From Symbiobacterium sp. (GTDB lineage Bacteria; Bacillota; Sulfobacillia; UBA995; UBA9673), in assembly GCA_020725405.1 (NCBI GenBank), contig DYFB01000077.1:1-62211 (forward strand): a DNA stretch of 62,211 nt, read 5' to 3'. Under the pieces are notes generated by a model that was not told where the DNA came from, did no database searches, and saw only the letters and a list, made by a program, of their open reading frames with translations. The first letter of the stretch is position 1; every line of letters begins with the position of its first letter. Below are positions 48,706 through 57,769 of this stretch, in pieces. The translations under genes and the position numbers were made by a program.

Positions 48706-49597
48706 CCGGCTTCCTCTCCTCCAGGGCCGCCCCCGGGACGGCCTGGAGGACGACGATGGCCCCCAGGATGAAGACGCAGCCCGCCACCTGGAGAAGGCTC
48801 AGGGCCTCGCCGAGGACGAGGAAGGCCAGAAACCCCGCCCACACCGGCTCGAAGGTGGCCGTGATGATGGCCGAGGTCGCCCCGATGAAGCGGAGCCCGC
48901 TCACGAAGAGACCGAAGGGGAGGGCCCCGGCCGCCACGGCCAGGTAGAGGAAGACGCCCCAGTCCGCGACGGTCCACGGCCGGGCGAGGACGACCCACGG
49001 CGGCCGGAGGACGGCCCAGAAGAGGCTGCCCGCCCCCATCCCCCAGAAGAGGAGGGTCCACGGGTCATACCTCTTCACCCCGAGGCTCCCGGCTACGGTG
49101 GCGAAGGCGAAGGCCGCGGTCGAGGCCAGGGCGGCGAGGAGGCCGACGGTCGTCGTGGCCAGCCCTCCTCCGGCCTGCCCGAGGAGGAGTAGGAGCGAGC
49201 CTCCGAGGGCGAGTCCGAGGACGAGGTAGGTGGCTGGACCGGGCCGCCGGCCCAGGACGAACATCTCGTAGGCGGTGGTTAGGACCGGGGCCAGGTACTG
49301 GATGAAGATGGCCACGGCCACGCTGGTCTGACTGATGGCGAAGTAGTAGGTGAACTGGCTCGCGGTGAGGCCGGCCGTCCCGTAGAGGGCGAGGAAGGGA
49401 AGGTCGGCCATCCGGACCCGGAAAAGGCGGCGGTTGGTCACCGCCAAGCAGGCTCCGATGAGGAGGAAGCCCAGGGTCACCCGGAACTGGACCAGGGTCG
49501 CCGGGTCATGGCTTGGGCTGGCCATGACGTGCTTGGCTACGACTCCTGAGGTCCCCCAGAGGACGGCGGAGGCAAGGACCATGGCGAACCCTCTCAA
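48635..49597 (-). CDS. EamA-family transporter
   Basis: LWGTSG, IQYLAP and EPV......LGE motifs; about 10 TMs. Confidence 0.9.
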   Translation of the reverse strand: MRGFAMVLASAVLWGTSGVVAKHVMASPSHDPATLVQFRVTLGFLLIGACLAVTNRRLFRVRMADLPFLALYGTAGLTASQFTYYFAISQTSVAVAIFIQYLAPVLTTAYEMFVLGRRPGPATYLVLGLALGGSLLLLLGQAGGGLATTTVGLLAALASTAAFAFATVAGSLGVKRYDPWTLLFWGMGAGSLFWAVLRPPWVVLARPWTVADWGVFLYLAVAAGALPFGLFVSGLRFIGATSAIITATFEPVWAGFLAFLVLGEALSLLQVAGCVFILGAIVVLQAVPGAALEERKPASPGEPSRPPPHSPGQRQRPSPG

Positions 49598-49808
49598 TCG
49601 CTGGCTCAGCCCTAACCAGCTCCCCCCGTGCGGCCCCCGGTCGGCTGGTCCGGCCCGGAGGCCGGAACCGGCTCCATCAGGCCCTTGAAGCGGCGTGAAT
49701 GGACGGGTATTTGGCGCGGCCCCCGATAACCCTCCTCCCGGTTCGATAGGTTGTTTCCCCCAGGGGGCGCGGGGAAGACTATCGGCCCGAAGGGGAGGGT
49801 CGAGGCCG

Positions 49809-50312
49809 TTGCGTCACACCGAGATTATCGTCCTGCGCCTTTTCCAGGAGGAGTTCCCGCTCTGCCCGCGGCCGTTCCTGGAGCTCGCCTGCCGCGCCAA
49901 CCGCGGGTTCTGCCGGCCCCGGACGGTCTACCTCGAGGTCCTCGGTCCCGGCCCGAAGAGGCGGGCCGTCGTCGCCCGTCACAAGGTGCGGCCGATATCC
50001 GAGCGCGAGGTCATCGCCGCCGCGGTCTCCCTGGTGCGGCGCGGTCAGGTCCGGCGCATCGCCGGCATCTTCGCCCCCCGGTCCGACGCGGCCCCGGGGT
50101 CGACCTCCTGGCGGATCATGAAGGAGCTCGAGGGGGGGCTCCCGCTCGTGCCCGAGCCCTACCGCGAGCTCTCCCGCCGGGTCGGGGTCCGCGAGGAGGA
50201 GCTCATCGAGAGGATACGGGCCCTCCGGCAGGAGGGCCGGCTCCGCCGGCTCGGCGCCGTCTTCGGGCCGCCCGCCTCGACGCGGCCGGCGGGGAAGGGT
50301 GGGGGAGGGTGA
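49809..50312 (+). CDS. tandem AhbA/AhbB(NirDL)-type HTH protein lacking the catalytic domain
   Basis: Q.EFPL.PRPF..LA...G.VRRIAGIF and LPLVPEPY.EL....G.LRRLGAVF motifs. SD GGAGG, TTG 49809. Confidence 0.75.
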   Translation: MRHTEIIVLRLFQEEFPLCPRPFLELACRANRGFCRPRTVYLEVLGPGPKRRAVVARHKVRPISEREVIAAAVSLVRRGQVRRIAGIFAPRSDAAPGSTSWRIMKELEGGLPLVPEPYRELSRRVGVREEELIERIRALRQEGRLRRLGAVFGPPASTRPAGKGGGG

Positions 50313-50376
50313 GCCTCGAAGATAACCCGAAGTAAGAGGCTTCAGGACCGGCCAGGAGCGGCGGACCCCGGGCAAT

Positions 50377-50466
50377 GAGACGGTTCGCGCCGAGACTGTT
50401 CGCGCCGAGACGGTCCGCGCCGAGGCGGTCCGCGCCGAGGCGGTCCGCGCCCAGACGGTCCGCACC
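50377..50466. repeat. 6 x 15-bp tandem repeat upstream of the DUF3870 gene
   Basis: GAG(A/G)C(G/T)GT(T/C)CGCGCC units. Confidence 0.93.
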
Positions 50467-50478
50467 GGGGGGAGAAGA

Positions 50479-50799
50479 GTGCCCAGAGACGACACCATTT
50501 TCCTGACCGGCTACGCGCGGCTTCCCTCGGGGATAACCGCCTCCCGGCTCTCGGACGTCGTCGGCGTGGGCCTCGAGGTCGAGCCGGGCACCGGACGGAT
50601 CGTCGAGGCCGAGTGCACCCTCGCCACCGCCCTCGCCCGCGAGTTCTTCCGGCGCCTGGTCGTCGGGCGGAGCCTGGAGACCGACTTCCAGGCTATGGTC
50701 AAGACCATCGAGCGGCGCTACCACGGCAGCGCCCAGAAGGCCCTTATCACGGCCCTGAAGACCGTTCTCGACAAATACCAGTCGCGGCGCGACGGCTGA
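50479..50799 (+). CDS. DUF3870-family protein
   Basis: TGYARLP.GI.A, ECTL.T and RY.GSAQKALI.A motifs. Confidence 0.85.
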   Translation: MPRDDTIFLTGYARLPSGITASRLSDVVGVGLEVEPGTGRIVEAECTLATALAREFFRRLVVGRSLETDFQAMVKTIERRYHGSAQKALITALKTVLDKYQSRRDG

Positions 50800-50817
50800 G
50801 CCTAGGAGGCCGCCGAC

Positions 50818-51237
50818 ATGACCAGGGAAGTCTCCTCCGGGGGCATCGTCTTCCGCGAGGAGCCCGACCTCGCCTTCCTCATGATCCTCGACGGCTACGG
50901 TCGCTGGACGTTTCCCAAGGGTCTCGTCGAGACGGGCGAGACGTCCGAGGAAGCTGCGGTCCGCGAAGTGGAGGAGGAGACCGGGCTCCGGACCGAGGTC
51001 GCCGGCGAGCTCGGCCAGACCCGCTACGTATACCACCACCCGCGCAAGGGCCGGGTCCACAAGACCGTGACCTTCTACCTCCTCCGTCTTACGGGCGGGT
51101 GCCTCACCCCCCAGACCGGCGAGATAGCCGCGGCCGAGTGGGTCAGCCCCGAGGAGGCCGCCCGGCGGGTGGACTACGAGGGCTACGACCGCCTGGTGGC
51201 CGCGGCCCTGAGGACCCTCGGGCGGACCGGGTATTGA
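50818..51237 (+). CDS. NUDIX hydrolase (Ap4A hydrolase-like)
   Basis: SSGGIV, W.FPKG and Nudix box G..E.GE...AAVREV.EETG. Confidence 0.93.
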   Translation: MTREVSSGGIVFREEPDLAFLMILDGYGRWTFPKGLVETGETSEEAAVREVEEETGLRTEVAGELGQTRYVYHHPRKGRVHKTVTFYLLRLTGGCLTPQTGEIAAAEWVSPEEAARRVDYEGYDRLVAAALRTLGRTGY

Positions 51238-51328
51238 TCCGCTTCAGCGGTCCTCCCGACGCCGGCTGCCTGCCTGCGGAGGACTTCGGCGGCCGCCATC
51301 CAATACCCACCCCCGGAGGGATGCGTCC

Positions 51329-52174
51329 ATGCGCGAGCTTGACGTATCAGAGGTGACCCAGGCCGTGGAGGAGCTCTGCATCCAGGCCTGCTACAACCTC
51401 CCCCGGGATGTGGTCGAGGCCCTCGAGGCCGCCCGGAGGAGTGAGGAGTCGGAGGTCGGCCGGGAGATCCTCGACATCTGCATCGAGAACGCCCGGGTGG
51501 CCGCCGAAGAGCAGGTCCCCATCTGCCAGGATACCGGGGTGACCATCGTCTTCCTCGAGCTCGGCCAGGACCTCCACCTCACCGGCGGGGACCTCTACGA
51601 GGCCGTCGCCGAGGGGGTCCGCCGGGGGTACGACAAGGGCTTTCTCCGGAAATCGGTCGTCGCCGATCCTCTCTTCACCCGGAAAAACACCCGTGACAAC
51701 ACCCCGCCCATCATCTACACCGATATCGTCCCGGGCGACCGCCTGCGGGTCGTAGTCGTGCCGAAGGGGACCGGCAGCGAGAACATGAGCGGTCTCAGGA
51801 TGCTCACCCCGGCCGCCGGGGCGGAGGGCGTGAAGCGGTTCATCGTCGAGACGGTCGACAAGGCCGGCTCCAACCCCTGCCCGCCGGTCATCGTCGGCGT
51901 AGGCGTCGGCGGGATGATGGACAAGGCCGCTCTCCTGGCGAAGAAGGCTCTCCTTCGCCGGGTGGGCGAACCCCACCCGGAGCCCGAGGTCGCCCAACTG
52001 GAGCGGGAGACTCTCGTCGAGATAAACAGCCTCGGCATCGGGCCCCAGGGGCTCGGCGGCCGGGCGACGGCCCTCGCCGTCCACATCGAGACCCACCCCA
52101 CGCACATCGGAGCCCTGCCGGTGGCGGTCAACATCCAGTGCCACGCCGCGCGCCACGCCGAGCGCGTGCTGTGA
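51329..52174 (+). CDS. class I fumarate hydratase, alpha subunit
   Basis: PICQDTG, LRKS.V, DNTP, KGTGSEN, NPCPP, GPQGLGG and CHA.R motifs. Confidence 0.93.
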   Translation: MRELDVSEVTQAVEELCIQACYNLPRDVVEALEAARRSEESEVGREILDICIENARVAAEEQVPICQDTGVTIVFLELGQDLHLTGGDLYEAVAEGVRRGYDKGFLRKSVVADPLFTRKNTRDNTPPIIYTDIVPGDRLRVVVVPKGTGSENMSGLRMLTPAAGAEGVKRFIVETVDKAGSNPCPPVIVGVGVGGMMDKAALLAKKALLRRVGEPHPEPEVAQLERETLVEINSLGIGPQGLGGRATALAVHIETHPTHIGALPVAVNIQCHAARHAERVL

Positions 52175-52190
52175 GGAGGAGGGACGCGAC

Positions 52191-52751
52191 GTGTCCGAGA
52201 CCAAGAAGCTGAAAGCCCCCTTGAGCGAGAGCGACGTCCGGGCCCTCCGGGCCGGTGACCGGGTCCTTGTCTCCGGGACCGTCTACACGGCCCGCGATGC
52301 GGCCCACAAGCGCCTGGTCGAGGCCATCGAGGCCGGCCGGGAGCTTCCCTTCGACCTAGAGGGGCAGCTAATCTACTACGTCGGACCCTGCCCGGCCAAG
52401 CCCGGCCAGGCCCTGGGGTCGTGCGGCCCGACGACCAGCGGGCGGATGGACCCCTACGCTCCGATCCTCCTCGCCCGGGGGCTCCGGGCCATGATCGGCA
52501 AGGGCTCCCGGGCCCCGGCCGTGGTCGAGGCCATGAAGAGGCACGGGGCGGTCTATCTCGCCGCCATCGGCGGAGCTGGGGCCCTCGCCGCCCGGACGGT
52601 CAGGAAGGCCGAGATGGTGGCCTACGAAGACCTCGGACCCGAGGCCGTCCAGCGCCTCGAGGTCGAGGACTTCCCGGCCGTGGTCTGCATCGACGCCGAG
52701 GGGAACGACCTTTACGAGACAGGCCGGGCTCGCTACCGCACGGCCGGATGA
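52191..52751 (+). CDS. class I fumarate hydratase, beta subunit
   Basis: TARDAAHKR, GPTTSGRMD, MIGKG and DLGPEA motifs. Confidence 0.93.
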   Translation: MSETKKLKAPLSESDVRALRAGDRVLVSGTVYTARDAAHKRLVEAIEAGRELPFDLEGQLIYYVGPCPAKPGQALGSCGPTTSGRMDPYAPILLARGLRAMIGKGSRAPAVVEAMKRHGAVYLAAIGGAGALAARTVRKAEMVAYEDLGPEAVQRLEVEDFPAVVCIDAEGNDLYETGRARYRTAG

Positions 52752-53059
52752 GGGCCGGCAGACCACCGCCGGCTGACGGCCGGCCGCCCGCCCGACCGGC
52801 GGCCTCTAGCGGCTGACGAGCGGCCTGCCGCGCGAGACCCGGCGGACCGTGGCCCGGTGTGGAGGATTGCGCGTCAGGTGCTATAAGTATAGAGTCATAG
52901 CAGAGACTGTGGCAGGCGCGACCCTCGGTCGGCCGGCCGGGTCCGGCGGCGCGGCCGGGCCCCCCGAGGCCGGCGACCGTTTGACGCTGAAGCCGCTTCG
53001 TTCGTGCCGGCCGGGAAACCCGCGCCTCCTCCCGGCCTTCGGACCAGCGAACGGAACCC

Positions 53060-53144
53060 GGCGAACGGCTGGAAGACGACTGGCCCGGCTCCCATCGCGG
53101 CGCTCGGGCCGGGCCGGTCCTCGCTTCCGGTTGTTCGCCTTTTT
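53060..53144 (+). terminator. long terminator-like hairpin in the malic enzyme leader
   Basis: 16-bp outer stem (53060-53075 / 53124-53139, three G-U pairs) plus 13-bp inner stem, followed by TTTTT. Confidence 0.65.
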
Positions 53145-53183
53145 GTCTCCCGCGCAGGACGTGAGAGGAGGATTACGGTCGAG

Positions 53184-54425
53184 ATGGGTCTCAGGGAAGA
53201 CGCCCTGAAGCTCCACAAGGAGAACCAGGGCAAGCTCAAGGTGGTCAGTAAGGTCCCGGTGAGGGACAAGAACGACCTCAGCCTGGCCTACACGCCGGGC
53301 GTGGCCGAGCCCTGCAAGGAGATTCACAAGGACGTCTCGCTGGTCTACGACTACACCAACCGGGGCAACTTCGTCGCCGTGGTCACCGACGGCACGGCCG
53401 TCCTCGGTCTCGGGGATATCGGTCCCGAGGCCGGTTTTCCGGTGATGGAGGGTAAGTGCGTCCTGTTCAAGTGCTTCGCCGGGGTCGACGCCTTCCCGCT
53501 CTGCGTGGCCTCGAAGGATGTCGACGACATCGTCAACACGGTGAAGCTCGTCGCCCCGACCTTCGGCGGGGTGAATCTCGAGGACATCTCCGCGCCGCGC
53601 TGTTTTGAGATCGAGAACCGCCTCAAGAAGGAGACCGACATACCCATCTTCCACGACGACCAGCACGGCACGGCCATCGTCTCGGCTGCGGCCGTTCTTA
53701 ACTCGCTCAAGGTCGTCGGCAAGGGCTTCAAGGACGTCAAGATAGTCATCAACGGAGCGGGCGCCGGCGGGACAGCCGTCTCCAAGATTCTCCTCAGCAT
53801 GGGCGCCGGCGAGATCATCCTCTGCGATACCAAGGGGGCCATCTACGAGGGCCGGACCGAGGGCATGAACTGGGCCAAGGAGGAGATGGCCCGCATGACC
53901 AACCGCGAGCGGGTGAAGACCCTGGCCGAGGCCTTCGTCGGGGCCGACGTTTTCATCGGCCTCTCCGTGGCCGGCGCGGTGAGCCAGGACATGGTCCGCT
54001 CCATGGCCAGGGACCCCGTCGTCCTGGCCATGGCCAACCCGGTCCCGGAGATATTCCCCGACGAGGCCAGGGCGGCCGGGGCCAAGGTCATCGGCACCGG
54101 CCGGTCGGACTTCCCTAACCAGGTGAACAACGTCCTCGCCTTCCCCGGCGTTTTCCGCGGGGCGCTCGACGCCCGGGCGACCGACATCTCCGAAGGGATG
54201 AAGATAGCGGCGGCCCACGCCATCGCCGACCTCATCACCGACGAGGAGCTCAGCCCGGACTACGTCATTCCGAAGCCGATGGACCGGCGCGTGGCTCCGG
54301 CCGTGGCCGAGGCGGTCGCCGCCCAGGCCGTCAAGGAAGGCATAAACCGGGTGGCCGTCGACCCCGAGGAGGTCGCCCGCCGCTGCGAGGAGCTCGTCGA
54401 GAAAGCCAACGCCGAGATAGGGTAG
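53184..54425 (+). CDS. NAD(P)-dependent malic enzyme
   Basis: LSLAYTPGVA, DGTAVLGLG.IG, VMEGK, NLEDI.APRCF, FHDDQHGT and GRSDFPNQVNN motifs. ATG 53184 after AGGAGG. Confidence 0.95.
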   Translation: MGLREDALKLHKENQGKLKVVSKVPVRDKNDLSLAYTPGVAEPCKEIHKDVSLVYDYTNRGNFVAVVTDGTAVLGLGDIGPEAGFPVMEGKCVLFKCFAGVDAFPLCVASKDVDDIVNTVKLVAPTFGGVNLEDISAPRCFEIENRLKKETDIPIFHDDQHGTAIVSAAAVLNSLKVVGKGFKDVKIVINGAGAGGTAVSKILLSMGAGEIILCDTKGAIYEGRTEGMNWAKEEMARMTNRERVKTLAEAFVGADVFIGLSVAGAVSQDMVRSMARDPVVLAMANPVPEIFPDEARAAGAKVIGTGRSDFPNQVNNVLAFPGVFRGALDARATDISEGMKIAAAHAIADLITDEELSPDYVIPKPMDRRVAPAVAEAVAAQAVKEGINRVAVDPEEVARRCEELVEKANAEIG

Positions 54426-54521
54426 CCGGCGCAGGCAGTGACCACCGGGCGGGCCTGGCGCGGCCGGGTTCGCCCGGACCGGTGAATCGATGAACGGGAG
54501 ATGAACGGGAGGTGACCCGCT

Positions 54522-54923
54522 TTGTACCGCCCCGTGGCATCACGCGAGGTGCGTTACGCCGACCTCGACCTGTGGCCGTTCAGGATAAAGGCCGGGATGT
54601 GGGCCTGGATACTCCACCGGGTGACGGGGCTCGTAATTGTTTTCTACCTCGTCCTGCATATTTTGGTCATCTCGAGCGTCCTGTGGGGTCCGGGGACGTT
54701 CGACGCCACGATGGACGCCCTGCGCAGGCCCGTCTTCGCCGCCGGCGAGCTCATGCTCGTCGGCGCCGGCCTCTACCACGGGCTGAACGGTATCCGCATC
54801 ATCCTCTTCGACCTGGGGGTCGGGATCCGGCAGCAGAAGGCCTTCTTCGCCGGGGTCCTCGCCCTTTCGGTGGTCGGCTTCGCCTGGGCGGCCAAGGTCT
54901 TCTGGCCCCTTATCTTCGGCTGA
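54522..54923 (+). CDS. sdhC: succinate dehydrogenase/fumarate reductase cytochrome b subunit
   Basis: GMWAWILHRVTG and YHGLNGIR motifs. Confidence 0.92.
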   Translation: MYRPVASREVRYADLDLWPFRIKAGMWAWILHRVTGLVIVFYLVLHILVISSVLWGPGTFDATMDALRRPVFAAGELMLVGAGLYHGLNGIRIILFDLGVGIRQQKAFFAGVLALSVVGFAWAAKVFWPLIFG

Positions 54924-54938
54924 GGGGGGGATAGGCGC

Positions 54939-55286
54939 ATGAGAGGAGCCAGGGGAGTCTGGGGATGGCTCCTGCAGAGGGTCACGGCCGTCGGTCTGGC
55001 GGTCGTCCTCACCGTCCACCTTTACGTCCTGCACTTCGCCGGGGAACACGCCGTCCTGACCGTGGCCGACGTTTCGGTGCGACTCAGGACGCTGACCTTC
55101 ATCCTGGTCGATTTCGGCCTTCTTGCCTTCGCTCTCTACCACGGCCTCTACGGCCTGAGAAGCGTCATTCTCGATTACACCACGAGGGAGAGCACGGTCC
55201 GGGCGGTCACCGTCGGCCTTTGGGCGCTGGGTTCGATCGCCTTCGTCTACGGTGCGCTGGCTCTCCTACTCCTCATAAAGGGTTAG
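54939..55286 (+). CDS. sdhD: succinate dehydrogenase membrane anchor subunit
   Basis: WLLQRVTA and YHG.YGLRSVILDY motifs. Confidence 0.9.
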   Translation: MRGARGVWGWLLQRVTAVGLAVVLTVHLYVLHFAGEHAVLTVADVSVRLRTLTFILVDFGLLAFALYHGLYGLRSVILDYTTRESTVRAVTVGLWALGSIAFVYGALALLLLIKG

Positions 55287-55299
55287 GGGAGGGATACCG

Positions 55300-57009
55300 G
55301 TGATATACCACGAGGTGCTGGTCGTGGGCGGCGGCCTAGCCGGCCTGCGGGCGGCCATCGAAGCCCACGACGCGGGCTGCGAGGTCGCGGTCCTCTCCCG
55401 CGTCCACCCGGTACGCTCGCACTCCGTGGCCGCCCAGGGCGGTATCAACGCCGCGTTGGGGAACCACGAGAAGGCCCAGGACGACAGCCCCGAGCGGCAC
55501 GCCTTCGACACCATCAAGGGTTCGGACTATCTCGCCGACCAGGACGCCGTGGAGATTCTGACGAGCGAGGCTCCGGTCTGCATCTACGAGATGGAGCACT
55601 GGGGGTGCCCGTTCAGCCGGACCGCGGACGGGCGCATCGCCCAGCGGCCCTTCGGCGGGGCCGGCTACCCGCGCACCTGCTATGCGGCGGACAAGACCGG
55701 TCACGCCCTTCTCCACACCATGTACGAACAGACGCTTAAGCGCCGCATCCGGGTCTACGAAGAGTGGCAGGTGGTGAGCCTGGCCGTCGAGGACGGGCGG
55801 TGCTACGGCGTGGTCGCTCTCGACCTCCGGACGGGGGCCCTCGAGGCCGTGGGGGCCGGGGCCGTCATCTTCGCGACCGGCGGGGGCGGTCGCATCTACG
55901 GCAACTCGACCAACAACATCATCAACACCGGGAGCGGCATGGCCGTCGCCTACATGGCCGGCGTGCCCCTGAAGGACATGGAGTTCATCCAGTTCCACCC
56001 GACCTCGCTCTTCGGCAACAACGTCCTCATGACCGAGGGCGCCCGGGGCGAGGGCGGCTACCTCCGGAACGCCCTCGGCGAGCGGTTCATGGAGAAGTAC
56101 GCTCCCCAGGCCATGGAACTCGCCCCGCGGGACATCACCGCCCGGGCCATCCAGACGGAGATCAACGAGGGGCGCGGCTTCCCCGGGGGCTACGTCCACC
56201 TCGACCTCACCCACCTCGGGGCCGAGCGCATCATGGAGCGCCTGCCGGCCATCCGGGACATAGCCATAAACTTCACCGGGGTCGACCCCATCTACGAGCC
56301 GATTCCCATCCAGCCCGGCCAGCACTACTTCATGGGGGGCATAGACACCGACTCCACCGGGGCGACCGAGGTCGCCGGCTTCTACGCCGCCGGCGAGTGC
56401 GCCTGCGTCAGCGTCCACGGGGCGAACCGCCTGGGCGGGAACTCGCTCCTGGAGACCATCGTCTTCGGCCGCATCGCCGGAAGGCACGCCGCCGGCTACG
56501 TCAAGGGCGAGGGCGGGGAGGCGGCCCGAAGCGGCCTGGCGAAGGTCATGGCCCGGGTCCTCGGGGAGACCGAGAAGAAGGTCCTCCGGGTCCTCGAGGC
56601 CGACGGTCCCGAAGACCCGGCCGACCTCCGGGACGAGCTGAGGGAGACCATGTTCAGGACAGTCGGGCTCTTCCGGGACGAGAAGACGATGACCGCCGGC
56701 CTGGAGAAGGTCCACGAGCTCCGCGAGCGCTACCCGCGGATGGGACTGAGGCACCGGGGGCGCCGCTACAACCTTGACTGGGCCCGCAACCTCGAGCTCG
56801 AGGGCATGATCCTCGTGGCCGAGGCTATCGCCGCCGGGGCCCTTGCCCGCCGGGAGAGCCGCGGCTCGCACTTCCGGACCGACGCGAGGGAGCGGGATGA
56901 CGAGAGCTTCCTCAAGCATACCATAGCCCGGCTGACGGGCGACGGGCCCCGGCTCGAGTACCGCCCGGTGACCATCACCAGGTGGGAACCCAAGGCCAGG
57001 ACCTACTGA
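55300..57009 (+). CDS. sdhA: succinate dehydrogenase/fumarate reductase flavoprotein
   Basis: GGGLAG, RSHSVAAQGG, QFHPT, TEG.RGEGG, ELAPRD, HGANRLGGNSL and RESRGSH motifs. Confidence 0.96.
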   Translation: MIYHEVLVVGGGLAGLRAAIEAHDAGCEVAVLSRVHPVRSHSVAAQGGINAALGNHEKAQDDSPERHAFDTIKGSDYLADQDAVEILTSEAPVCIYEMEHWGCPFSRTADGRIAQRPFGGAGYPRTCYAADKTGHALLHTMYEQTLKRRIRVYEEWQVVSLAVEDGRCYGVVALDLRTGALEAVGAGAVIFATGGGGRIYGNSTNNIINTGSGMAVAYMAGVPLKDMEFIQFHPTSLFGNNVLMTEGARGEGGYLRNALGERFMEKYAPQAMELAPRDITARAIQTEINEGRGFPGGYVHLDLTHLGAERIMERLPAIRDIAINFTGVDPIYEPIPIQPGQHYFMGGIDTDSTGATEVAGFYAAGECACVSVHGANRLGGNSLLETIVFGRIAGRHAAGYVKGEGGEAARSGLAKVMARVLGETEKKVLRVLEADGPEDPADLRDELRETMFRTVGLFRDEKTMTAGLEKVHELRERYPRMGLRHRGRRYNLDWARNLELEGMILVAEAIAAGALARRESRGSHFRTDARERDDESFLKHTIARLTGDGPRLEYRPVTITRWEPKARTY

Positions 57010-57028
57010 GGAGAAGGGGTGGACCCTA

Positions 57029-57769
57029 GTGGCGAAGCTCGACATCGAGAGAATCCGGCTCAAGGTCTACCGCTTCGACCCTGAGACGGACCGGGAGGCG
57101 CGGATAGACACCCACGACGTCCCCTACGTCGACGGGATGACCGTTCTCGACGCCCTCTTCCATGTTCTTGAAAAGATCGACGGCTCGCTCGCCTTCCGGT
57201 TCTCCTGCCGGGAGGGCATCTGCGGGGCCTGCGCCATGTTCATCAACGGCTCCTATCGTCTGGCCTGCGAGACCCAGGTGGCCCGCGTCCTCCGGGAGGG
57301 GCACCGGGAGCTCCACGTCATGCCCCTGCCGCACCTCCCCGTCATCAAGGACCTCGTCGTGGACATGACCCGCTTCTGGCAGAACTACGAGGCCATCGCC
57401 CCCTGGATAGTGACCAGGACGGCCGACCCGGAGAAGGAGCGCCTCCAGTCCCCGGCGCAGCGGAAACTCATCGACGAGTACGTGGGCTGCATCCTCTGCG
57501 GGTCCTGCTTCTCGTCGTGCCCGTCCGTCTGGACCGGTAGGGAGTACCTCGGGCCGAACGCCATGATGAAGACCTACCGCTGGGTGGTCGACTCGCGCGA
57601 CGACGCGGCGGTCGAGCGGCTCGGTCGGGCGGGGAACGAGAAGGGCGCCTGGCGCTGCCACACCATCTTCAACTGCACCGAGGCCTGCCCGAAGAAGATA
57701 AACCAGACGTCGGCCATCCAGGGGCTCAAGCGACGGACCGTCGCCGCCATGCTGCGCGGGGCGCGATGA
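57029..57769 (+). CDS. sdhB: succinate dehydrogenase iron-sulfur subunit
   Basis: CREGICGAC, CILCGSC...CP and CHTIFNC..ACP motifs. Confidence 0.96.
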   Translation: MAKLDIERIRLKVYRFDPETDREARIDTHDVPYVDGMTVLDALFHVLEKIDGSLAFRFSCREGICGACAMFINGSYRLACETQVARVLREGHRELHVMPLPHLPVIKDLVVDMTRFWQNYEAIAPWIVTRTADPEKERLQSPAQRKLIDEYVGCILCGSCFSSCPSVWTGREYLGPNAMMKTYRWVVDSRDDAAVERLGRAGNEKGAWRCHTIFNCTEACPKKINQTSAIQGLKRRTVAAMLRGAR

